Source: Lingula anatina (taxonomy: Eukaryota; Animalia; Brachiopoda). From it: 64,000 nt of DNA. Both the position numbers and the translations under genes were made by a program. This document shows, piece after piece, positions 40,171-52,140 of the stretch (positions are counted from its first letter, which is position 1; every line of letters begins with the position of its first letter). The stretch covers positions 24,698,534 through 24,762,533 of the forward strand of contig CM120644.1 of NCBI GenBank assembly GCA_051362555.1, given 5' to 3'. Under the pieces are notes generated by a model. It saw nothing but the letters and a program-made list of their open reading frames with translations, ran no database searches and was not told where the DNA came from.

Positions 40171-43101
40171 ATGAAGCCTGTCGTGGGGATATTGATCTTG
40201 CTGTGCGCCGCTCTGGGGGTGGTGAACTGCTCTGCAGACGACACCAGAGAGAAACGCAGCTCTTTCACTAACATCCTCGACGTGTTAAAAAGAATTCTGT
40301 ATGATGACGACAGCGATGATGATGGTAACGGTAGCTTTGTTTTTAGGTCGCTTTTGCACTTCTTCTTCTTGATTAACAAAGAATTGTGAATTTATTGTGA
40401 ATTCCTTCTCTATAATAATGTAGGCAAATAACAAAAAATTGTAACACTCATGTTAAGAAACATATTTTGTGTATCAATATTTTAGTTAATGAGTAGGGTT
40501 ATACAAGAAGATACAGCTATACCTCATTCGTGTGGATTGTAGAACAAAACAGACTGTAAATTTCCTAAAAAGTATAAGAATCCTCGTCTTTTCAATTGCG
40601 TTATTACTTAAAAATATATACAATAATGACAAAAATTAATTTGTAGACCAAACCGAAGATAGTTTTGACGACGAAGGCGACAATGACGTCAAAGAAGAGG
40701 ATAAAGAAAACTGGGAAAAATACTTAGAAAAACTAGGTACGAATGGTTATTGTGTGTGGTGCATTCCTCAACACCAAAAACTTATTTGTGAGTTCTTGTT
40801 ATTCAGAAACCAACATGATAATGGTTGTTTCTCTGTCTGTAGAGAGACATTATACGGTCTCGGTTATTAACTGTGACATTCCAGTCACCCAATGTACGTC
40901 TGAGGTATGTAATGGATAAGTAGGTCAAGGAGAAGTGTGGAAGAGTTTGTGTGTAGCCAGGGGTATTTGTATGTATGTGTTTGCGCGTGTTCGCATGTGC
41001 GTGTGTGTGCTTCTGTTTATATGTTCACGTGTGTGCGTGTGTGTACTTGTATTTGTGTGTTCGCGTGTGTGCATGGGTGTGTGTTTATGTATGTGTGCGT
41101 GTTGGGGGATATGGGCTGACAGGTAAACAGTTAAAGTATATATAATAGCATGCAAATACTTTTTTCAGTTATAAAATATTCCTGTGGCTTTATAATGTTA
41201 TTATGTCCTTCAGAAAATAATGAAAAATAATGCACCTCGATAGAGCCCCTGTTTTATGCATATCTTAATTAGTATTTTCATTAATACTTTCATTCTCTTT
41301 TCTTTCTTTGTCTTCATCTTTATGGAAAAAATATGTAGTTGATTAAAACATTTCAGGAAAATGTGAGAACTGCACCAGTACATCCCATCGTTGGATAGTT
41401 ACCTGCGGCAAAAGGTAAAGAACAATATGCACTACATCTCTACTAAACTATGGTCACAGTGCAAATTTTGAAGCTATAGATGTTTTTACAAGATGGCCGC
41501 CAATAGCCATAACAGCCATACAAGTTCTTTCCAGCTATATATGTTTTACTAAAATATTAAAATATTTCACTTTTAGGTAAGACTTTTGGTATATAACATG
41601 TCAGAGTGGTTTCCGATAAACTTAGTGGCATGTTTAAGGCAGACTTTGCCCAGTTTCATCAACTCTGAACAGCGCTATCTTCTGGATGACAGTATCCATT
41701 GGATGGAATTGCTGTCCTCTGAGCAATTATCCTGTGCGTTAAGTAACGTTTACTTAACACTAGAAACTTATTTTTGTCTCTGGTACTGCTTTCCATAGGT
41801 TAAAAAAGATTGCTGTCCCCCGGATAATTTTCCAGAGGATAACAATTTTATCTAAAGGCCAGTGTTAGCAATAGGATAGCGCTATCCCATATTGATAAAA
41901 CTGGGCCCGAGAGTTTTATCCAAGATGGCCGCAAATGCCCATTCTAGAGTATACCTATGATACCGGACCACACCCTCCTTGTTAAACAATATAAAGCTTT
42001 AAATTTTGCGTACAACTTCAATGTTAAAATCTAAGTCAACAAAATATCTGGAATTTATGATTAGCTCTAAATCATGCTTGAAAATTTTAATGCATCAATA
42101 TTGAAGACAACTGTAGTGGATCGTTATTTAACTGAGTGTTGGGTGTCATTTAGGATTTATCATAAAACTTTAATATGATGTTTAAATAGTAAATGTTTGC
42201 AAATAAATCAATATGTAGCGTAAATTTGTGATGAGGCATTGGCATGGGACAGGTCATATATGCTGAAGTGGAATTGGCGGCCATTTTGAATTGTCACGTT
42301 TCTCATGCATAGCTTCCATGGGACTTATAGTGTGTTGATAAGGGGCCTTCACGTAAATACATGGCGAATAATAAATTATCTTGCAATTTTGTCCAAGTGA
42401 AACCTTGACTTGCCTGGGTATATTCCACATTTGTGAAATATCGGACTGGATAAATGTAGTTTCTTTTACCAGCCATATCCCTCAATGCTATTGGCAACAT
42501 ATATTTATGATCATAAGTAAGTACATAGAACTCTAGATCATTTTATGTAGACATTGTTAGCTCATGTAAATCATAAGTACCATCACAGGGGCGGATCCAT
42601 ATATTATTGAGAGCCTTCCCAATTATCTTGTTGACCCATCCTCCATTTTTGACCGAGTTCCAACTCACGTTGAATTATTTGATAATCAATGTAGATAAGT
42701 TCAGGACTTAATTTGAGTAAATTCAATTCGTCCAATCTCTGAAAGGTCTTCAGATCCGACGGACTGGGACAATAAAACTACTGAACTACATATAGCTCTT
42801 AATTAAGACAAATTGGCTATCGGCTATTTAAAAATTCAAAACATCTTTAAAGATCGTGATCTTATTGTGATATGTTCATGTTTTTACCAATTCCAGGAGC
42901 ACGGCCAAAAAAGGGAAGTACGAAGTGTGCGGTTACATCCAGGGATCTCGGAAATTTTACTCTATAAAACAGTTGGAAGGAGAGTGTTTCAACGGCGGAA
43001 CATATGAGTTGTGTGCTGTGAACAGGTGCATGAAATTAAAGGGCTGCTACGGTAGGTTTGAGCTTCTTTACTGGAAGACCACCTGCAGGAACCAGTGTTA
43101 A
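40171..43101 (+). CDS. Secreted cysteine-rich precursor C (divergent paralog, 10 Cys), ~168 aa
   Basis: Exons 40171-40324, 40647-40736, 41357-41414, 42897-43101; phases 1,1,2; 507 nt. MKPVVGILILLCAALGVVNCSADDTREKRSSFTNILDVLKRILYDDDSDDDDQTEDSFDDEGDNDVKEEDKENWEKYLEKLGKCENCTSTSHRWIVTCGKRSTAKKGKYEVCGYIQGSRKFYSIKQLEGECFNGGTYELCAVNRCMKLKGCYGRFELLYWKTTCRNQC*. AATAAA at 43339. Confidence 0.8.
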
Positions 43102-45440
43102 TTGACGGACACGGACGCAGTAACTGGCCGGGCAAGCCGAACGGCGGAACGAAAATTCACGAACATCATTTATTACTTGAAATCGGCGGCTTCATAATTC
43201 AAAGAAGAAGCCAATTAAGACAATTATTTACAGATATGCTGTTTCTTTTAATGAAATATTAGACAAGAAAATAACAAAGTATATGTTATTGAAAGTATAC
43301 AAGTATAACTAATGGCGGTATCCGCTGCTTGCCAGCATAATAAATATAATAATATAAAAACAAATCAAAGACATTAGGTATTGTTTATTGTGATCTATAC
43401 TGAAAACGTGTTAAGAATGTTGTCACCCTTCGCCCAAAACTCCTAATTTACTGCCTTACATACATTCGTTTGGGTAATAAACAAATCTTTGGTGATCATG
43501 GCTATAAATCTATTTACATTTATACATATTTCATCTTTCGGGTGACATCATATTTGCGATTTTGGTGTAAAATCTGAATAAACCTGTTTCTCAAATTTCT
43601 CTTTTACTAGTACCTGAGCACACACGATGACAATTTTAACGCTGATTTAATGACATCATTTAGTATTCCAAATCCTGCCAGCGATTTTTCTTAAAAGTCT
43701 TAGTTCAGAATTTATCGTTGATAAAGCAAAATTATGATTTGTTTAATGAAAATCGGTTATTAGGAGCTCATAACTCTATAACAAAAAGAAAAAAAAAATG
43801 TGGCAAGGCATTGTAGTCTATACACTCCTGGTCAACTCTGCCAATATTTGTGATGAAATCAAATTGTTCGCCCCATACCAATTGTTATCTCACCTCAAAA
43901 TAGAAAGGTGTTAAAATTGACGATTAAGTTTTCAAATGCCTATGCTCATACTTTGCATTTATATTTGAGCTTCTTTTTTTTAATCACCATTAAGATAGAG
44001 GCATTATTGAATGATTAAATGCAGGAAAAAGTACATAAGGGCGGAATTTGGTCGTCCCACTACACATATTAAAGATGTAAAATTGTGGAGGGGTTCTAGG
44101 GGGATGATCCAACTTTTTTCAGTCAGGTCAGTCACGAGCGTAGGTACAATGTAGTAGTACTCGTTGTAGTACTCGTGAACAGCGCTCAGCGACAAATGCT
44201 AATTGTCGGCTACACAGTAGTTTTAAAGTACCAGTCTCTGTAAGAATCAGAAAAATAACATAGGGGCATTGGAACATGACCCTCCCAGATTTTGTTTTCT
44301 TTTAATTTATTGTGAAGAAATATGTTAAAAACTAATAAATTGAGCCCGAAAAGTTGCATATTTAAAATAATTTATTTTTTAGAGCGTTTTATACTTAAGC
44401 CTGAAATTTTTTCTCCCATATGCTTTTCTATATAAAATGTTCAGGTAACCCCATATTCACTGACAAATAACTCGTATGGCCGACGTAGTTATGTAAGATG
44501 GCTATACAAGATGTTTACAGCATATATTCAGCTACCAAAAAATGAAATAAAATTTTTTTCAAAACATAAAATGGTTAAATTACATTAAAAACAATCAACG
44601 CTAAAACTACGCGAAAAAGACCATCTGCGCATGCGCAGTAGCGGTGACTGCTAAACTACGAACTCATTCAGATGTAAATAAATTGAATTAAGGTTATTTA
44701 TCTCATGAAATGGATATTTTTTGGATAAATGGCACTTGTCTTCTGGATCATTTGTTGCTTGGATTGTTTTTATGCCGACTGGTGTGTAGTATTTGTTTCC
44801 GCACATCGTTTTTTTTATATACAACATAACTAATTTTATCCAAGATGGCGGGAGCTCTGATTGCCGTCGGTTTCGTATGTGGAAGGAGAATGCACACAGT
44901 TATTTATTTACGGCATGATATGCAGTTTTTCATAAATTACCCACAAGAAAGGACTGGTAGAACTTTATGGTCGTAAATAATCGGCCTTACTAACTATGGA
45001 TATCAAGAAAACTACCAGGTACATGTACCACTGTGAATTCATGTACCACCTCGTCTTCTCCCTCACGTGCAGTTGCCGTTAATATCCGATATAATCGACA
45101 AATACGTAAAGCACTGTCAGTTACTATACTCTAAATTACAGTCAGTGTCAACTATGATACAGGTTTTCTAATAAAGTTTTAATGTTCAACGTGAGTTTGT
45201 GTTTTACGGCTATTTACTGCTTGAGTATGGTCTACCTCCAATTTAAAACAGCGCCCTGTAAGGCCCGTCGTGCCCTCTCAGGTACTTGAAGTCGATAACA
45301 GAACAGATTACTTGAATACTTAATATATATAGTAGAAATTGGTACTCATACAAGTGGAAGAAATTTCTAGTTCTTCACAACCAGGATTCTAAATAAAAAA
45401 CCTTGTAAAATAAAATAGACATGTAAAAGATATCTGTCAA

Positions 45441-45552
45441 TTATAATAATATTCTTATATGGTGCCTTACGTGCTACCTCAAGGCGCCTTACAATAATAT
45501 AAATATTTAAATCTGAAACACTTGGAAACCATTTAAAATTAACACTACTAAA

Positions 45553-45599
<47 letters not shown>

Positions 45600-45930
45600 A
45601 GATATAGACAGATTTTAAAATGTGAGTTTTAAGAAGGGATTTAAAACTGTCAAAGTCGTTTGCTTTTCTAATAAAACTTGGTAAGGCGTTCCATAATTTG
45701 GGGGCATAGATTATAAAAGCCCGATCTCCATAACATTTGAGGCACCCCTTCTCTAAAATAGAGTGTTCTAAAATAAGGTCATTCTCAGTATTAAAATGTG
45801 TGGACCGCCATGGTGAGTTAAAACAGATAGGATCACATAAATATAATGGTCCTTGTGTATGTATCGCCTTAAAAATAATACAAAGTTCAAGCAGCCAGTT
45901 TTATCCTTTCAGAATGGGAGTGATATGGTG
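45441..45930 (-). mobile_element. 5'-truncated L2/CR1-group LINE fragment (ORF2 C-terminus + 3' end)
   Basis: Minus strand gives HITPILK and, after a disrupted stretch, YGDRAFIIYAPKLWNALPSFIRKANDFDSFKSLLKTHIL, then an L2-type 3' end tgtaaggcgccttgag...aaggcaccatataag and an AT-rich tail. Confidence 0.8.
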
Positions 45931-47039
45931 TGTACTATTGGCAGTTATTGCACTTTATTTGACAAACCAGTCTTGTAGCTCAGTTTTTCTCGGAAAAATA
46001 TAGCAGTACATTAGATTTTCAGTCACAAAAAATACTAAATGAGAAAACAAGATAGCATTACTTTACGATTTGCTTTATAAGCCTTGATAATCATGCTATT
46101 TGTATTAAAGACTCACCTAATCAAGTCCTGCGTAGTATAATGCTCCCACAGTTTTGATATCATAAAGTCTGTGTTATCCATAATTTTTTCTCATATTTCT
46201 TTACTGAAAACTACCAGGTGACCTAACTTTACTCTTTACATTAAAAATTGTAAATAGTAACTTAAATAGGGGAAATTATCATAATGATACTTTCTACCTG
46301 ATTGTAACATGCCAAATTAGTCCTCAGTGCTGAGGCAGATGTTGGACTCGTCAAAATGTATGATCATGCATGATTCTGGGGACAAAAAGCATCAAATACT
46401 ATCATGTTGAGGCACCCTTAACATTGATAACTGCTTTGCTTTGATATCACAACTAACAGTGTAGCTGGTTACCAATGGACTTTACCTACACCAAATATTC
46501 TTACAAATAAGTTGTATACCAAAAGAAAATTAGCAAAATTAATAAATTACGAACATCTTAGGGTAAGGAGCATGAGAGAAAATATATATTGGTATTTTAA
46601 GTTTGTGACAAAAATGCTGAACACCATAATAAATATTCATATAATTTACCAGTATGCAGAGAAGATGCCTCATTTTCTTTCAAATAAGAAAGACTAAATA
46701 CAAGTTTTATTTCACTGTGACTTGTTTAAAATATATTCATATACAATTAAAAGAATCAAATAAAAATGTTAATTAATCTGGGGTGGGCACTGCTAAATCC
46801 ACGCACATTATAGATAGTAGTTTATGATTAAGGGAATTTTTTTTCCTGCACAGTGGTAGAAAGTCCACAAGAGATTGAAACTGAAGCTGAGACTGGCAGG
46901 AGATATTTCTCAACTATTGGATGTCAACCAAAAGAATACCACCATATTGCTGTTATTGTATGACCCTGAATGATTAACACCCATTGTCCCATTGTGAAAA
47001 TTCATCATTTTAAAGTTTTTTTAAAGATCACAAAAATAT

Positions 47040-48310
47040 TTACCTGTGTGCTTTTGACTAAATCAAGTTATTTAGCAGGACACAAGTACAAAATTCATAT
47101 TTTAATCCATTTTTTAATGCAGAAATAGGGAAATATGGAAAATTTGCTATTTGGTTGATGCCATCTTGGATTGTGAATTTTAAAATTTGCATATTTTTTA
47201 AATGTTTGAAAAAAGATTTTTTTAGATATTAAATCAAAACATTCACTTTTAATGTATGACAATATTAGGTGTCTTTGGCCAGTCTATGAAAAATTTGAAA
47301 ATGGCAAAATTTTGGCATTTTAGCTAAAATTTGAAATTTTGGAAATCTGCCATTTTTAGAGTTGTTTTTCTAATTTTTTAGGACTTTTTAAAATATAGAG
47401 TAATATGCTTTTGACTAAATCAAGATATAATATTTAGCAGGATACAAAAATGAAATGTGTGTTTTTATCCATGCTTGTTTAGTTTACAGCAGAAATAGGG
47501 ACATTTTGCCATTTGATTGCCGCCATCTTGGATTAAGAATTTTAAAATTTGAATAATTTTTTGAAAAATGTGTTTGAAAAAAAAATTATTTTTGATTAAA
47601 ACAGTTCAGTATATGTACTTCCTTATATTATGTATGTCGATAATAGGTGGCTTTGGCCAGTTTGTTAAAAGTGTATTTGAAAATGGCAAATTTGGGCATT
47701 TTAGCAAAATTTTGAATTTTTGAAAATTCCCCATTTTCAAAGTTATTTTTTTAATTTTAAAAGGCCAGCAAAAAATAATATTTTTAATGTTTTTCACTTA
47801 ATCAAGATTTGGGATTTAGCAACATACCAATATAAAATAGGTGTTTAACCATGTTTGTTATTTTTAATATACACAAATATGTAAAATGTGCAATTTGGTT
47901 GCTGCCATCTTGGATTAAGAATTTTAAAAATTGAATAATTTTTTGAAAAATGTGTTTGAAAAAAAATTTATTTTTGATTATATAAGGACAGTACATGTAC
48001 TTTCTTATGTAATGTATGGTGATAATAGATGGCTTTGGCCAGTCTATGAAAAATGTATTTGAAATTTGCAAATTTTGGCATTTTAGCAAAAATTGGAATT
48101 TTTGAAAATTCCCCATTTTCAAAGTTATTTTTCTAATTTTTAAGGGCCACCAAAAACATTTATTTATATGTTTTTAGTTCAAATAGGATATGATATTTAA
48201 CAATGTCTGAAAATGAAAAATGTTTATTTATCCACATTTATGTTTTTTTTAGCTCAAATATAGCTGAAATTGAAATTTTGCAATCTGGATTCCGCCATCT
48301 TGGGTGAAAA
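47040..48310. repeat. Degenerate subterminal tandem repeat (~360-390 bp period, ~3.5 copies) inside the TIR element
   Basis: gccatcttgg recurs at ~47160, 47522, 47904, 48294, with recurring ctttggccagt and gcattttagc blocks. Confidence 0.8.
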
Positions 48311-48607
48311 ATTTTAAGTGCTGTTACCATGGCAACCGAGGGTGATTCAAACAAACCAATATCCATTATGTTGGTTTGGGGCTATAATGAACAAATACAC
48401 CAATTTTCATCAAAATCTGAGAGGGTCATGTGCCACCCTATTCTGAACCTTACAGAGACTGCTACTTAATTTCTAAAATATTTTTTTTCAGAAACCCCAT
48501 AAACGCGTTTGCTTTCAATCACTATGTCCTAGCTAGTATCCCTCCCTCTCACGACCCCTCCCTCTTGTGGTCCTGGTGAATCTTAGCTGAATCTCCATGT
48601 TTAGCAA

Positions 48608-48649
<42 letters not shown>

Positions 48650-48883
48650 GACAATAAGCATAATCAAGACTCGTTTGACTTTATTTCTACATCCAATTGC
48701 ATTTTATAGTAGTACCAATAACCAACAATGGCCTTTACTTTGATATTTATGTTGATATTTATTTAGAACTTTCACACTTTCAATATAAATATCAAAGGAA
48801 CAGGGTGCCGGTTTCTTTTAAGGCCCGTTTGTTGATAGCTCATTACATTTTCTTCAGTGAAAGTAATCACAATTCATGCATCA

Positions 48884-51094
48884 TCACAGAGCAATATACT
48901 TATACGTGGATATTTTTCCTCCCGCGGTTCCAACAACAAGCTCCCAGTTACTGTTGACAGCGACTGATATAGGAAGTTCAATGTTGTCACTCTTTGTCAA
49001 AATATTACGTAGAAATCTTCCGTCTGAACCAAGCACAACTACTCTGTCATTACCACGGTCAGCTATGAATATGTGTCCAAACATATCTACGCACACTCCA
49101 TCTGGATTACTCAGTTGTCCGTCTTCACTTCCACTCTGACCTCGTGCTCCGTATTGGAACATGACGTCACCCTGGGGTGTCACTGCATACACACAGTGGG
49201 TCCTGCAGTCGCTGACTATGACTGCATTGATGTCGTGGTGGTATGCACAGAGCAGTGGACCTATACTGCACATTGGGATAGGAATTCTGTTAACAAGTTT
49301 AAAAGATATCACGTCGTACACACAGATGCACTGTGCACCACTATCACACACGTACGCCTTACCCTCTGTACGGTCGACAGTGACACCCCAGGGGTCAGAC
49401 ATATCACCCTGACCAAAACATTGGATACCCTGACCTGATGTTGAATACAGTCCACAGCATTTATCATGGCATGTGACCACGAACCTATCATTACTGACTG
49501 TAGTGACACATATCGCTTTACCCTGTATACGGATCGCACGAATACATTCGCACGTATCAGAGAATATGGACACTGTAAAACCAAAACGTAAATTACCATG
49601 TAAAACTAAAGTACAACCGTCATCTGTGCAGTGGATATGCCCGGGCCAGCCCGCAACCATAATACAATAATTTAGCTCTGGTGTTTCAAGCCATGTGACC
49701 TTCTGAAATACCATTAGCTCGGAGCAGTGCGCCCTCTCTTGTTTCAAACTTCCAAAATATGCATCCAAGGGACCCCGGTGTGTTTTGGCCGTAAAAGACC
49801 CCGTTTTGATCGACAGCTGTGGTTCAGGAATTTCAGGAAACTGCAGCAGAACGTCCAGTTTTGTTTTCCCTGGTGTAAATGTTATGTTGGTGATATTAGT
49901 ATCAAAGACTGGTTCTAAGAGCTGCAATTTTGGGATTCTACTTTGGAGTTTTTTAGAGTGGGTCATGACCTCAATGTCAGAACCGTTGTCTGTTAGCTGA
50001 CGAGCGAAATCACGAATGCTTTGAATGGCAATTTTGTTCATTTCTTGCTTGTCCTTTTCAGCTTCCAAAGTCTTCACCTGCGTGGAGGTGAGTGCCATAA
50101 CTTCTGCCGTTATTTCGTTGCTTTTGTCATCTATAACTTTCTGCATTTCGATGTAATCCGACTGCACTTTTGTTTGATACGTTTTCAAATGTAGTTTTAC
50201 ACTCCTTAAATACGCGTCGGTCTGTTGACGTACGTCTTTCTCTACTTGTTGATAACAATTGTTGAGTTCTCTTTCTATAGTTTTGCTGTTTTCCTTTATC
50301 TCCTTTGTCATAGCCAATTTCTGACAATCCACCAAACAAAGAACCTTTCTCTGATTTTCTGTCAGCCTCTCTTCCGTTCGTCCAATGGCATTCTCCGCCT
50401 TCTCAAAACGAGACAGTTTCTCAGTAGGGAGACATTTTAGCTTCTCTTGTATTAGATCTCGTTGAACTTTCACCACATCCCCTAACTCTTTGAAATCGTG
50501 TTTGCTGTGGACTTTTACAATACATTCCCTGCATATAACAGTGTCATCGTTTTCACAATAGAATGCCAGCGGTTCTCCGTCGTGTTTGTCGCAGTATTGA
50601 GCTGTATCTAATACGTGACGTAACTGATCTCGCATGTTAGCTGGGTTAACGCAGAAATCGACTTGTGACAGAGGTACTAAGGAGTGGCCCTTGCAAAACG
50701 GTATTTTGTCGTGAATATCACGGCATGTAGCGCACAATTGGTTGGTTTCTGGACAACCTTGGCACAAGAAGGTAGCCTCTTTATGGTTACAATACTCACA
50801 AAGTCTCCCCTCGGGCGTTTTCGGGCCTTTTATGAAGTCTGTTACTTTCCTTAAGAAGAAATTTTTCACAAGGGTTTCTAACCCACCTGGTGGTACGGAG
50901 GCCTCTTGGCGACACACGGGACAGGAGAACTTGTTCTGGACACCATTCTTGGCTGCATGATCGGCAATGCATTCCAGACAGAACGTGTGGTAACAGGGGA
51001 GCACTCTCGGGTCTTTATATTCCTCCAGACATATATGACAAGTTAAAAAGTTCTCACTGAAGATGTTGTACATCTCTTTCGAAGCCATTGCCAT
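48884..51094 (-). CDS. Intronless TRIM-NHL E3 ubiquitin ligase (RING, two B-boxes, coiled coil, NHL repeats; TRIM2/3/56/71-like), ~736 aa
   Basis: C3HC4 RING CHIC..PCYHTFCLEC..CPVC; B-box1 CEYC..CQGC..CATC..H..H; B-box2 CDKH..C..CREC..H..H; NHL repeats (PWGVTVD, LSNPDGVCVD..GHIFIADRGNDRV). First ATG at 51094 (alternative 51088); the ORF-track start at 51148 is GTG. Confidence 0.93.
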   Translation of the reverse strand: MAMASKEMYNIFSENFLTCHICLEEYKDPRVLPCYHTFCLECIADHAAKNGVQNKFSCPVCRQEASVPPGGLETLVKNFFLRKVTDFIKGPKTPEGRLCEYCNHKEATFLCQGCPETNQLCATCRDIHDKIPFCKGHSLVPLSQVDFCVNPANMRDQLRHVLDTAQYCDKHDGEPLAFYCENDDTVICRECIVKVHSKHDFKELGDVVKVQRDLIQEKLKCLPTEKLSRFEKAENAIGRTEERLTENQRKVLCLVDCQKLAMTKEIKENSKTIERELNNCYQQVEKDVRQQTDAYLRSVKLHLKTYQTKVQSDYIEMQKVIDDKSNEITAEVMALTSTQVKTLEAEKDKQEMNKIAIQSIRDFARQLTDNGSDIEVMTHSKKLQSRIPKLQLLEPVFDTNITNITFTPGKTKLDVLLQFPEIPEPQLSIKTGSFTAKTHRGPLDAYFGSLKQERAHCSELMVFQKVTWLETPELNYCIMVAGWPGHIHCTDDGCTLVLHGNLRFGFTVSIFSDTCECIRAIRIQGKAICVTTVSNDRFVVTCHDKCCGLYSTSGQGIQCFGQGDMSDPWGVTVDRTEGKAYVCDSGAQCICVYDVISFKLVNRIPIPMCSIGPLLCAYHHDINAVIVSDCRTHCVYAVTPQGDVMFQYGARGQSGSEDGQLSNPDGVCVDMFGHIFIADRGNDRVVVLGSDGRFLRNILTKSDNIELPISVAVNSNWELVVGTAGGKISTYKYIAL

Positions 51095-51180
51095 AGTATA
51101 GGCGCCCAGAGTGGGCACAGCGCCCCGCCCCCTACACGGCGACCGCACCGCTCTACTGCTGCCAAAGCCGTTGCGTACGC

Positions 51181-51188
51181 TTTATATA
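51181..51188 (-). promoter_or_regulatory. Candidate TATA box of the TRIM gene
   Basis: TATATAAA on the minus strand ~90 nt upstream of the ATG. Confidence 0.5.
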
Positions 51189-51892
51189 TCATTTAATAAG
51201 TTATCTATACCACTTCAAAGTTGTCACCCGATCGACACATCACAATCAGGTGATGTTGTCAATAAGCAGGACGATATCAAAGTCCAAAGTCTGTACTAGC
51301 TGAGTGCTTGACATATCAGTGATACACTGTGAGGGTGACATGTCCCCCCCCCCTCCCCCGTATATCCCCTGGTGTTATAGTGCTGAGGCTTTGACAATAG
51401 GTTACGAAATACGGGGCGACAGCTGAATTGGAGTTGAAGTTGTCAGTTAGAATAGATGAGATATATCAGAATAGATGAGATATATCGTAGCACATGTATA
51501 TCGAAGGCTAAGGTTCGAGGCTTATATTTAATTAAACACTGAGACAGAAAGGAGAAGGAGTCTGGGCTGTATGTGTATCTTTGTTAAGTATCGGAGCCTT
51601 GTTTACACAAGAATGTACTTTCTATGATAAATTAAACTTGGTTGAAATGAAGATCGAATTCAGCCCCTAGCTTCTATACACCGAACCATTGCTGTGATAC
51701 ATGTATTAAAGCCCCCCCCCCCCCCCACTTCACACAGACAGCCCCGCTATACTGCTGCCAAGGACTTTAAGTACGTGTATATATCGTTTAGTAGGTTATC
51801 TAAAGTAGGACCTGCTTTAAAGTTGTCACCGATCGATACACAACAATCAGGTGATGTTGTCAATAACCAGGACGGTATCAAAGTCTATCAGC

Positions 51893-52140
51893 AGCCATGT
51901 ACGAGAAAGAAAGCAATAGTATTACTGCCTGTCGCAAACCCCGTGGAAGGTTTACCGTACCAGTATTTATTATCTGACCATTATGGTTTAATCTGACATA
52001 TACGGGCTTGCTGTTGTGGCTGAGACTATGGTAATGGAAGACGTAGACCCCTGAGGTCGGGGAGGTGAATTTCCTGGTGTCTTTATTATAACCGTTGCCA
52101 TCGTGCAGAAAGACGGTGTCGTAGACAACCACGGCGTTAC
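51893..52140 (-). pseudogene. C1q-domain remnant
   Basis: VVYDTVFLHDGNGYNKDTRKFTSPTSGVYVFHYH..VYVRLNHNG is a typical gC1q signature; after a frameshift comes FATGSNTIAFFLVHG, then stops; C-terminal strand motif absent. Confidence 0.75.

Larger units (their letters stand above)
44232..48461. mobile_element. Non-autonomous TIR DNA transposon (~4.2 kb), superfamily unresolved
   Basis: Ends CAGTCTCTGTAAG(aatcagaa) / (ttctgaac)CTTACAGAGACTG, plus inner inverted match catgaccctcccagatttt / aaaatctgagagggtcatg; flanks gtac / ctac could be an imperfect 4-bp TSD; no transposase ORF. Confidence 0.7.

Noticed and set aside
40843-40904. Possible extra exon in gene C (ag|AGAGACAT...TCTGAG|gt)
   Set aside because: Every phase combination I tried with the flanking exons gave a premature stop; the model is in frame without it
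51095-51148. N-terminal extension of TRIM in the ORF track
   Set aside because: Starts at GTG and falls in the likely 5' UTR below the TATA box
49073-51299. Plus-strand ORFs over the TRIM gene
   Set aside because: Antisense shadows of the real coding frame
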